This document shows, in pieces, positions 54,660-63,137 of a stretch of 64,000 nt of DNA. Within the stretch, counting starts at the first letter, position 1, and every line of letters begins with the position of its first letter. A model generated the notes under the pieces. It did not search any database, was not told where the DNA came from, and saw nothing but the letters and a program-made list of their open reading frames with translations. The position numbers were made by a program, and so were the translations under genes. Source of the stretch: an uncultured Candidatus Saccharibacteria bacterium (lineage in GTDB: Bacteria > Patescibacteriota > Saccharimonadia > Saccharimonadales > JAGQNK01); NCBI GenBank assembly GCA_964636435.1, contig CAZWRS010000003.1, forward strand, positions 1,212 through 65,211, given 5' to 3'.

Positions 54660-55700
54660 ATGCCGAAAACAACTAAAAGTAAGCGAACACCGCCCAACCA
54701 TACCCGTAATCACACCAAACGCCACGGCAAGCACCATAAGAAGAAAGGTGGGTATATTAAGGTATACGCGCCATATTTGCCGCTCATTATTTCTATCATC
54801 CTGAGTCTATTGATCAGTTTTTGGCAACCGCATGCAACCAACACGCTCGCCTATGCTACCAACATGAACACGGCGGGACTACTGTCGTCGACAAACGCCC
54901 AGCGCACTAATCACGGCAGAGCCGCCTTGAAGCTCAACACACAGCTCGCTAACGCCGCTCAGGCAAAAGCTAACCACATGATTGCCCATAATTACTGGTC
55001 GCATGTCACGCCTGACGGCCAGGAGCCCTGGGTATTCATTCAAAATGCCGGTTACGCCTATAACAAGGCTGGGGAAAACCTCGCCTATGGTTTCGCAACC
55101 AGCGCTGACACCATCATTGGCTGGATGAACAGTCCGACGCATAAAGCCAACATGCTGGACAGCACCTTCACTGAAGTTGGTTTTGGCTTCGCCAATGGGT
55201 CGAACTTTAATGGGGACGGCCAGCAAACTGTCGTCGTAGCGATGTACGGCCAGCCACAAGCACTCGCCGCCGCTGCTCCGGCCAGCCCACCTGCCACACC
55301 GAAGCCAGCGCCAGCCCCGGTAACAAGCGCACCAGCCGCCACGCAGCCGACGGAAGCCGCCGCAGAAAAACAGCCAGCCGAAGAGCCCGTCAAACAAGCA
55401 GCCCCGGTAACTACCGAGCGGCCAGTAGTAGCTGCCGCTCCTGTGTCACAAAATATCGCCAGAGCCCAAACGCTTACCAACGGTCACGCACCCTGGACGC
55501 TCGGCGCAGCCATTCTCATAACGGGACTTGCAACGATCGTCCTCCTCATGCGCCACAGCCTCAAGGTTCGGCACCTCATCAAGGACGCCATTCATGACAC
55601 CGAGAAGTTTGTACTGCACCACCCATTCCTGGACAGCCTTCTTTTAGGTCTCATCATCTTGGGCGCCGCCCTATCGAGAACCTCTGGCACCATCCTCTAG
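54660..55700 (+). CDS. CAP/SCP (YkwD-like) domain protein with N-terminal TM, Ala/Pro-rich linker and C-terminal TMs
   Basis: NAQRTNHGRAALKLN..LANAAQAKANHM...YWSH...GENLAYG...IIGWMNSPTHKANML...VGFG is a CAP-domain pattern. Hydrophobic segments lie at both ends. Confidence 0.75.
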   Translation: MPKTTKSKRTPPNHTRNHTKRHGKHHKKKGGYIKVYAPYLPLIISIILSLLISFWQPHATNTLAYATNMNTAGLLSSTNAQRTNHGRAALKLNTQLANAAQAKANHMIAHNYWSHVTPDGQEPWVFIQNAGYAYNKAGENLAYGFATSADTIIGWMNSPTHKANMLDSTFTEVGFGFANGSNFNGDGQQTVVVAMYGQPQALAAAAPASPPATPKPAPAPVTSAPAATQPTEAAAEKQPAEEPVKQAAPVTTERPVVAAAPVSQNIARAQTLTNGHAPWTLGAAILITGLATIVLLMRHSLKVRHLIKDAIHDTEKFVLHHPFLDSLLLGLIILGAALSRTSGTIL

Positions 55701-58700
55701 TGAAACTTGACATTGTGTTCGCCGACCAGTTCGCCGAATTTAGCAAGCGTAGTATCGCTCGAATCTACCCGCATCGGTAAACGGATAATCTGCTTTGAAG
55801 CGCCGGGGCCAACTACCAGCACCATTTCGGTATCGCCTTTATTCGCATCGATGACGGAGCGCAGGTCAGTCAGCGTCTGGTGATCATCGCTCTTTTCTAT
55901 ACGGACATAGACCCGCGGCGGCACTTTGCTGGCTGGCTGGGCGGTGACTGCCGCTGCAACTGTCTTCTTGGTCCCTTTCTTTGGTATCTTCGCTTTTTTA
56001 CCTGTCGACTGATAGGCAGCAGCCTGCTCGGGTGTTATTTCGCGAGCATCATCAACAAGTATCTTAACTTCGCTCGTTACATTACCTTCCCGGTCCTTGG
56101 CGTTGACCTTTCCTTTTATCAGTACCACTCTGTCACGCTCCCAGATACCTAACGTCTGCTGATACATGCTCGGAAACAGGATGAGCTCAATCTCATTGAA
56201 GCGGTCTTCGATCTTCACGAACGCCATCTTCTGTCCATTCTTGGTAGTAATTTCGCGGAAATCTAAGATCGCTCCGCCCACGGTGACTGTCCGCCCATCA
56301 TGTTCAGGCTTGAGAGCATTGAGCGGTACCGTATGCTCTGTCAAGAAGACTTCGTACGCTTCCAGTGGATGCTGGCTCAAGTACAGACCGAGCAGCTCCC
56401 GCTCCCAGACCAATTGTTCATGCGGCGAATACACTACGGCGGCTTTGTCCAACGTCAGTTCAACGCGGATGGCCGCTGATTCATCTTCGATGATGTTGCC
56501 GAACAAATCTGTCTGGCCGCTGGCCTGCTCTTTCTGGATACGTGACCCGAACGCCAGCAACACATCAAGGTTATGCAACAAGTAACTACGCTCCCCGTAG
56601 CGATCAAATGCACCGGCCTTGATGAGACTTTCCAGTGCCCTTCGGTTGACAATACGTGTGTTGACCTTCTTAAAGAAGTCTTCGATTGTTTCGAATCTGC
56701 CTTCACTGTCACGCACCCGCAGGATCTCCTCGACCGCACCCGTTCCGACATTTTTAATCGCTGCCATGCCAAAACGGATCTGGTCAGTCTCCGGCACGAC
56801 CGCGAATTCCAAATAGGACTCATTGACGTCTGGGGGTAGCACTTTGATGCCCATATGATTACATTCTGCAATTTCAATAGCGAGACGATCGATGTCATCA
56901 AAATCGCTGGACATGAGGGCCGCCATGAACGCCGATGGAAAGTGCGCTTTGAGGTAAGCCGTTTGGTAGGCAATTAGGCCATAGCAAGCAGCGTGTGATT
57001 TGTTGAAACAGTAATTTGCAAACTCCTCCAGCTGATTCCAGAAAGTTTCGGCCAGCGCTTCTGTCGCACCGCCATGCTTGACCGCACCCTCAACGAACTC
57101 AATCTTCATTTTGCGCATCAGATCAATCTTTTTCTTTCCGACTGCCTTGCGTAGCGTATCAGCCTGACCGCCAGTGAAACCGCACCACTCCTTGGAAATC
57201 TGCATAAACTGTTCCTGGTACACCAATATGCCGTATGTGCTCTTTAAGGAGTTCTCAAGTCCTGGGTGCAGGTAGGTGATTTTCTCCTGACCATGCTTAC
57301 GCTTAATGAAGCTATCGATGAACTGCATCGGACCGGGACGGTAGAGTGCCACCATAGCGACGATATCCTCAAACGTCGTGGGCCGCAGCTCCCGCAAGTA
57401 GCGCTTCATGCCGGCAGATTCCAGCTGGAAGACGCCAGTCGTATCGCCACGCTGGAAGAGCTCATAAGTCTTCTGGTCATCCAGCGGGATGGTGTTAATA
57501 TCGATGTCTTTGCCATAGACCTTCTTTATGATTCGCAGCGCGTTCTTGATAATAGTGAGGTTTGAGAGGCCCAGGAAGTCCATCTTCAACAAGCCGAGCT
57601 CTTCGACCGGGCCCATTGGGTACTGCGTGGAGACAACGCCTTTCTGAGCCATTTCAAGCGGTACGAACTTCACAATATCATCCGGCGCAATGACCACACC
57701 GGCAGCGTGTACGCCATGGCTGCGCACCGTACCCTCGAGCTTGACAGCCTGATCTAGCACCTCCCTGGACGTTTCATTTGATTCGTATTCACGTTTGAGA
57801 TCCTGATCTTCCTTGAGTGAGGTTGCCAGTGGTATATGCCGGCCTTGAATCGGCGCAGGAATCATCTTGGCCAGGCGGTCAGCTTCGGCATATGGCACCT
57901 GGAGCACTCGGGCCACGTCACGTACAGCGTTGCGCGCGAACATCCGACCAAAAGTAACGATATTTGCGACTCGCTCCGCACCGTATTTATCGACACAGTA
58001 CTGAATGACTTCGTTGCGCCGCGTATCCTGGATGTCAATATCAACATCCGGCATACTGATGCGGTCGGGGTTTAGGAATCGCTCAAAAAGTAAGTCGTAT
58101 TCAATTGGATCAAGCTCTGTTACCTTGAGGGCAAATGCAATAATTGATCCGGCAGCAGAGCCACGGCCTGGGCCAAACACAATCCCCCTGTCTTTACCCC
58201 AGTTAATAAAGTCCTGGATGATGAGGAAGTAGCCATTGAAGCCCATATTATCGATCACGCCCAGTTCGTACTCGGCGCGCTCGGCAATTTCTTGGGGCAG
58301 CGTTTTTTTGGCCTCCTCAACAGTCAGCTTTTCTGCCTCCGTCTCTGACTTGCCGCCATAGCGCCAGGCCAAGCCGCGGTACGTCAGCTTATCGAGGTAC
58401 GTCTTCTCTGACTCCCCTTCAGGTACTGGGAACTTTGGAATGAGAATCCTGCCAAGCTCAAGCTCCAGATTGCAGCGATCTGCGATCGCCTTGGTATTAG
58501 TGATGACTTCCGGGTACGTTTCACCCCATCGCTTTATAATCTCCTGTGGCGGCTCAACATGCAGCGGGAAGTCTTTGAGCGTCATACGCTTTTCGTCGCT
58601 CAGGAATGAGCCCGTCCCGACACAGAGCAGAATCTCGTGCGCATCCTGGTCTTCATGATTCAGATAGTGCGCATCACAGGTCACGACGACCGGTATATCC

Positions 58701-59332
58701 AACTCTTTTGCCAGCGCAAGTGCTCGCTCATTAACAACACGCTGCTCTTCATTATGGAGCGGGTTATCAGGATGTCCGTGGTCCTGGATTTCTATGTAGT
58801 AGCGGTCGCCAAATACTGATTTATACCAGCTAGCGATTTGTTTTGCCTGCTCGTACTGGTCCTGCTTAAGTGCCTCGCCAATTTCACCTCCCATGCAGGC
58901 ACTCAGGACAATAACACCTTCGTTATACTTTTCGAGCAACTCGTGATCAACACGTGGATAGTAGTAGAAGCCATCCAGGTTAGCAATCGTACTAAGTTGC
59001 ATCAGATTCTGGTAGCCCTGGTGGTTCATGGCGAGCAGTATCAGATGGAAACGGTTTTTATCTTTTTGCGGATCTTTGTCGGTATGCTTACGAGCAGCCA
59101 CGTACGTCTCGATACCGATAATCGGCTTGAGATCCCGTGCTTTCGCTTCTTTATAGAACTCAATGGCACCGGATAACGTACCGTGATCAGTCATCGCCAC
59201 CGCTTCCATGCCATGCCCTTTTACAAAGTCCATTAAAGGACCGACCTGGGTGAGACCGTCCAGCAAGCTGTACTGCGTGTGATTATGCAGATGTACGTAG
59301 TCTGAGTTTGTTAAACTCTTTGTCGTCGCCAC
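55697..59332 (-). CDS. dnaE: DNA polymerase III alpha subunit
   Basis: The 1211-aa ORF has a PHP domain (YVHLHNHTQYSLLDG) and polymerase core (PDVDIDI, GLLKMDFLGL). Its stop shares the CTAG tetranucleotide with the convergent CAP gene stop. Confidence 0.97.
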   Translation of the reverse strand: MATTKSLTNSDYVHLHNHTQYSLLDGLTQVGPLMDFVKGHGMEAVAMTDHGTLSGAIEFYKEAKARDLKPIIGIETYVAARKHTDKDPQKDKNRFHLILLAMNHQGYQNLMQLSTIANLDGFYYYPRVDHELLEKYNEGVIVLSACMGGEIGEALKQDQYEQAKQIASWYKSVFGDRYYIEIQDHGHPDNPLHNEEQRVVNERALALAKELDIPVVVTCDAHYLNHEDQDAHEILLCVGTGSFLSDEKRMTLKDFPLHVEPPQEIIKRWGETYPEVITNTKAIADRCNLELELGRILIPKFPVPEGESEKTYLDKLTYRGLAWRYGGKSETEAEKLTVEEAKKTLPQEIAERAEYELGVIDNMGFNGYFLIIQDFINWGKDRGIVFGPGRGSAAGSIIAFALKVTELDPIEYDLLFERFLNPDRISMPDVDIDIQDTRRNEVIQYCVDKYGAERVANIVTFGRMFARNAVRDVARVLQVPYAEADRLAKMIPAPIQGRHIPLATSLKEDQDLKREYESNETSREVLDQAVKLEGTVRSHGVHAAGVVIAPDDIVKFVPLEMAQKGVVSTQYPMGPVEELGLLKMDFLGLSNLTIIKNALRIIKKVYGKDIDINTIPLDDQKTYELFQRGDTTGVFQLESAGMKRYLRELRPTTFEDIVAMVALYRPGPMQFIDSFIKRKHGQEKITYLHPGLENSLKSTYGILVYQEQFMQISKEWCGFTGGQADTLRKAVGKKKIDLMRKMKIEFVEGAVKHGGATEALAETFWNQLEEFANYCFNKSHAACYGLIAYQTAYLKAHFPSAFMAALMSSDFDDIDRLAIEIAECNHMGIKVLPPDVNESYLEFAVVPETDQIRFGMAAIKNVGTGAVEEILRVRDSEGRFETIEDFFKKVNTRIVNRRALESLIKAGAFDRYGERSYLLHNLDVLLAFGSRIQKEQASGQTDLFGNIIEDESAAIRVELTLDKAAVVYSPHEQLVWERELLGLYLSQHPLEAYEVFLTEHTVPLNALKPEHDGRTVTVGGAILDFREITTKNGQKMAFVKIEDRFNEIELILFPSMYQQTLGIWERDRVVLIKGKVNAKDREGNVTSEVKILVDDAREITPEQAAAYQSTGKKAKIPKKGTKKTVAAAVTAQPASKVPPRVYVRIEKSDDHQTLTDLRSVIDANKGDTEMVLVVGPGASKQIIRLPMRVDSSDTTLAKFGELVGEHNVKFH

Positions 59333-59405
59333 ATTGTTACCCTCTGTTTGTTCTAGTGTATAAAATTATCAGCTTTCATGCGACGCTTATAATTACAACA
59401 GCTAC

Positions 59406-59675
59406 CTATTGTCCCTTGGTTTTCACGGTATCTTCGAAGGTTTCGAAGATTGGACCGACAAACGGTATCGAATCGAGTAACGAGAGAATCCAGAGCAAGA
59501 GTGCAACGACTATCGTTGCGCCAATAACACCGCCGAAGCCTGTCGCGACACCCTTCAGAAAGCTCATCTTCATCATCTCACCCCGGCTAATATAGCCGGT
59601 CAGATAGATATTCTCCAGTCGCCGACCGAGCTCTTCGTAGTCTTTTTTAGTCCTCTCAGGTGTTTTTGCTGGCAT
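59406..59675 (-). CDS. Hypothetical small membrane protein (89 aa)
   Basis: The C-terminal half is hydrophobic (GVATGFGGVIGATIVVALLLWILSLL). No confident family assignment. Confidence 0.5.
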   Translation of the reverse strand: MPAKTPERTKKDYEELGRRLENIYLTGYISRGEMMKMSFLKGVATGFGGVIGATIVVALLLWILSLLDSIPFVGPIFETFEDTVKTKGQ

Positions 59676-60063
59676 ATTTTCTCAAGTGCTCGATGGCTTT
59701 GTTCACTTCTTCAATGGCGTCCTGCAGATCCTTATCATCAGCGTCGCCTTCATGAACAGCGCTTAATATCTCACGCGCTTTTTCCTTGGCTAACTGCGCC
59801 TTGTCCAGTGCATCGGCGTATTTGATCCGCACCTCTGACTTAACCTTACCAACGCGCATACGCCCGTCAGCAATGAGTGCGGTGAGCTCACTGTGCAGTG
59901 CTTTTAGTTTCCTTTCGGCCTCATTCTTTGCTCGCGTCGCATGCTTCTGCAGAGCGCGTCTGGTCTCCTTACCGCTTTTTGGTGCCGTCAACAGCCCGAC
60001 TGCATACCCCGTTAAACCGATCAGCAATGTTCCGAGCGCGATATTACGATTCTTTTTGCCCAC
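59656..60063 (-). CDS. YtxH-like protein
   Basis: The N-terminal TM plus TAPKSGKETRRAL motif and a long helical region are typical of YtxH-domain proteins. Confidence 0.65.
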   Translation of the reverse strand: MGKKNRNIALGTLLIGLTGYAVGLLTAPKSGKETRRALQKHATRAKNEAERKLKALHSELTALIADGRMRVGKVKSEVRIKYADALDKAQLAKEKAREILSAVHEGDADDKDLQDAIEEVNKAIEHLRKYASKNT

Positions 60064-60078
60064 GCACTTCCCCTCACG

Positions 60079-60345
60079 TTACTTTCTCTTACGTTTCCTG
60101 CCACGGCCGTTCAGCACTTCTGTAATGACAGCAATGATCTTGCCAGCAGCGAGTGGCACGGCGGACTTAGAGAGAAATTCAGCAATATTCTCTGCTTTAC
60201 CGGAAATAGCCTCAGCCTTCTCTGATACGCGCTTAATACGATTAGCAATCTTGATACAGATGATAAGCAGAATAATCCCGAGAACGAGAAAAAGTGTCAG
60301 TGCTGCCGACAGAAATATAACCAGAATTTCGAACGCATTCTCCAT
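60079..60345 (-). CDS. Hypothetical small membrane protein (DUF948-like by eye)
   Basis: It has one N-terminal TM, then a helical region and a basic tail GRGRKRKRK. ATG 60345 is preferred over GTG 60351. Confidence 0.5.
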   Translation of the reverse strand: MENAFEILVIFLSAALTLFLVLGIILLIICIKIANRIKRVSEKAEAISGKAENIAEFLSKSAVPLAAGKIIAVITEVLNGRGRKRKRK

Positions 60346-60350
60346 GTGCA

Positions 60351-61256
60351 CTAATTATACAACGATTGTATATATTGTCGAAAATCGCCACCCAGCTCGG
60401 GGTGTTTCAGGCCGAACTCAACCACTGTCTTTAAGTACTCTAGCTTATTGCCCGTGTCATAATATTTGCTGTCTTTCAGCGCACAGCCGAATAGCGGCCT
60501 ACCATCTCGAATCATCGGTTCCAACACATACGTAGTCAGGTAAAACTCACTTGCACCATCAAGGTTAGCCTGTGCCGTTTGCAGATATTCGAATACATCT
60601 GGTGTCAGCAGGTAGCCGCCCACACTCGCCATATCCGACGGCGCGTTAGCCTTACCAGGCTTTTCAGCTAGACCAGTCATCCTAATCACCCCATCCCGTA
60701 CCTGCTGGCCGGCTAAAATACCGTACCGTTCAAAACCAGCATCATCTTCAACTCTAATGCAGGGCAATATTGAGCCGCCCAGCTCTTCATGCAGTTCGAT
60801 CATCTGCTGAAAACGATTCGGATTGGACGGCACCAGGTCATCAGCAAAGGTGTAAATAAACGGCTCGTCGCCAATCAAATGTGCAACGTTCATAATCGGC
60901 GTGGCGCTACCATAGGGTCCTTTTTGCCGTACATAGGCAAAGTTTGCCAGCTGGGAAATCTTGCGCGTCTCTTCCAGCAGCTCAAGCTTATTACCTTGCT
61001 TCAAATTGGCGCGGAGCTCGGCACTGGTGTGATCAAAGTGGTCCTCAATGGACCGCTTGTGGTACCCGGTGACAATAATAATATCCTCTATCCCGGCTTC
61101 AACAAGCTCCTCAACGATGTACTGGATGATTGGCTTGTCGACCAAAGGCAGCATTTCCTTGGGCATAGCCTTAGTCTGCGGCAGAAAACGGGTACCGAAG
61201 CCAGCGGCAGCAATGACAGCCTTTCGTACCGGTTTGCGTTCTGTATTTGTGCTCAT
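60351..61256 (-). CDS. galU: UTP--glucose-1-phosphate uridylyltransferase
   Basis: KAVIAAAGFGTRFLPQTKAMPKEMLPLVDKPIIQYIVEE is the canonical GalU N-terminus. Confidence 0.9.
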   Translation of the reverse strand: MSTNTERKPVRKAVIAAAGFGTRFLPQTKAMPKEMLPLVDKPIIQYIVEELVEAGIEDIIIVTGYHKRSIEDHFDHTSAELRANLKQGNKLELLEETRKISQLANFAYVRQKGPYGSATPIMNVAHLIGDEPFIYTFADDLVPSNPNRFQQMIELHEELGGSILPCIRVEDDAGFERYGILAGQQVRDGVIRMTGLAEKPGKANAPSDMASVGGYLLTPDVFEYLQTAQANLDGASEFYLTTYVLEPMIRDGRPLFGCALKDSKYYDTGNKLEYLKTVVEFGLKHPELGGDFRQYIQSLYN

Positions 61257-61279
61257 GATGGCAATTGTATCACGCGACC

Positions 61280-62728
61280 CTAGATGCCGAGTTGTTTCTT
61301 GATTATTTCCTGTGCTAGGGCGGGATTAGCCTTACCCTTCGACTGCTTCATGACCTGGCCCACCAGAAAACCGATCGCTTTCATCTCGCCACCCTTTACG
61401 TCACTGGCGGCTTTTTCATTATCAGCCAGCACCTGCTCGACGATAGCAGCTATCTCACTCTCGTCAGATACCTGCAGGAGGTTCTTTTCGGCGGCAATCT
61501 CTTCAGGATCTCTGCCCGATGCATACATTTCAATCCAAATCTCCTTAGCAGCGGTAGAGCTTAGCTTCTTATCCGCTACCATCTGAGACAACTTGGCCGC
61601 TGACTCGACAGTCGCCTGACTCGTCGACGCCTCCTCCCCCGCGTCACCAGTAAGCACATGCACGAACCAGTTAGCAATACGCTGGGCATGATCAGCGCCG
61701 AATTCATCAAATACTTGCTTGACGAACTGCGCATCTTCCGGCACATCAATGAGCGCTTCGGTCGTTGCCACGTCAAGCGATAGTGCTTTAAACGTCTTGC
61801 GATAGTCACCTGGCATGAGCGGCATGCCCTGCTTGACGCTAGCAGTCCACTCTTCGCTAAGTACAATTGGCGGCAAGTCAGGGTCGGGCATATACCGGTA
61901 GTCATGCGCTTCTTCTTTACCGCGCTGACTAAATGTTTGCTGTCTGCCATCATCCCAGCCCCGTGTCTCCTGCACCACCTGCTCACCCTTCTCTAGTAGC
62001 TCAATTTGGCGAGCAATTTCGTACTCAGCTGCCTTCTCTACGCTACGAAAGCTATTCAGGTTCTTGATCTCCGTTCGTACGCCAAGCTTTGCCGAATCCT
62101 TACTCACACTGACGTTCACATCAAAGCGCATATTGCCATAATACAAACTGGCATCTGATACTTCTGCATACCGAACAAGTAGGTAGAGCTCACGAGCATA
62201 CGCCTTAGCTTCAGTCGGCGAATGTATATCTGGCGCTGATACGATTTCCAATAACGGCGTACCTGCGCGATTAAGGTCAACTAAGCTATAGTCACGACCG
62301 GGCGGGTGCGTGCTTTTACCCGCATCAGCTTCGAGGTGCGCTTCGTGAATTCGAACCTGCTTCTCTTCACCGTCAAGCATAAACCGCACTACACCATCTT
62401 TGATGATTGGATCATAGAACTGAGTTATTTGATACCCGCTAGGCAAGTCGGGGTAGAAGTAATGCTTGCGATCAAACTTACTGAATTTCTGTGGCCTGGT
62501 GCCAAGAGCGTACGCCGCTCGCATAGCTAGCTCAACTGCAGACTTATTGAGCACTGGCAAGGCGCCCGGCAGACCCAGGTCAATGTGGCTAATCAGCGTA
62601 TTGGCTGGTGCTTCACGCGCGTCATTGCCCACAGCCGAAAACAGCTTGGTCTTGGTCTTGAGCTGCACATGGGACTCAATTCCAATCGTAGCAGTATACT
62701 GACTAAGAATCTCGGGACTTAGCGCCAT
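61280..62728 (-). CDS. gatB: Asp/Glu-tRNA amidotransferase subunit B
   Basis: YTATIGIESHVQL, RFDVNVS and the C-terminal GatB_Yqey region (GFLVGQVMKQSKGKANP) are present. Confidence 0.96.
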   Translation of the reverse strand: MALSPEILSQYTATIGIESHVQLKTKTKLFSAVGNDAREAPANTLISHIDLGLPGALPVLNKSAVELAMRAAYALGTRPQKFSKFDRKHYFYPDLPSGYQITQFYDPIIKDGVVRFMLDGEEKQVRIHEAHLEADAGKSTHPPGRDYSLVDLNRAGTPLLEIVSAPDIHSPTEAKAYARELYLLVRYAEVSDASLYYGNMRFDVNVSVSKDSAKLGVRTEIKNLNSFRSVEKAAEYEIARQIELLEKGEQVVQETRGWDDGRQQTFSQRGKEEAHDYRYMPDPDLPPIVLSEEWTASVKQGMPLMPGDYRKTFKALSLDVATTEALIDVPEDAQFVKQVFDEFGADHAQRIANWFVHVLTGDAGEEASTSQATVESAAKLSQMVADKKLSSTAAKEIWIEMYASGRDPEEIAAEKNLLQVSDESEIAAIVEQVLADNEKAASDVKGGEMKAIGFLVGQVMKQSKGKANPALAQEIIKKQLGI

Positions 62729-63137
62729 CAGGCAGTGCTCCTAAATCACGTAGCGCTTGGCGAAAGCCAATCAGCGCATTTTTTACATCTGACTCCCGTA
62801 ACTTGAAGTTCGGGTCTGTCATAACTTTCTTATAAACATTGTGCGCAAACCAGGCAGCATCATTATCAGTAAATGTACGTTGTGCCGAAACCATACGTTC
62901 GCCCATAGTTTTACCTTTAAACTTGCGCTTCTTTAAAGCACGATCCAGTAGCTTATCCGCCTCTTGCAGCGCTTGCGGCCACGTCTGCTTGTCCTTGCAA
63001 TGCTGCTGCAGCTCCTTCCAGCGCGCTACAAAATATTCGCTCTTCAGGCGTTTCGGAACACGAACGGCGATAACGACCAGGCTTGCAACTGCCAGCAGAG
63101 CTCCGATTGCAATCAATACGGCTGTCTCTAAGCCCAT
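62703..63137 (-). CDS. Hypothetical membrane-anchored protein (144 aa) between gatA and gatB
   Basis: The N-terminal TM is AVLIAIGALLAVASLVVIAV, followed by a basic helical domain. The start overlaps the gatA end by 10 nt and the stop overlaps the gatB start by 26 nt. No family recognised. Confidence 0.5.
   Translation of the reverse strand: MGLETAVLIAIGALLAVASLVVIAVRVPKRLKSEYFVARWKELQQHCKDKQTWPQALQEADKLLDRALKKRKFKGKTMGERMVSAQRTFTDNDAAWFAHNVYKKVMTDPNFKLRESDVKNALIGFRQALRDLGALPDGAKSRDS

Noticed and set aside
59786-60535. A 249-aa plus-strand ORF spans the YtxH-like gene, the small membrane gene and the 3' end of galU.
   Set aside because: It is antisense to three well-packed minus-strand genes. 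Its sequence is Ser/Ala/Leu/Arg-rich low complexity, and it has no RBS or motif.
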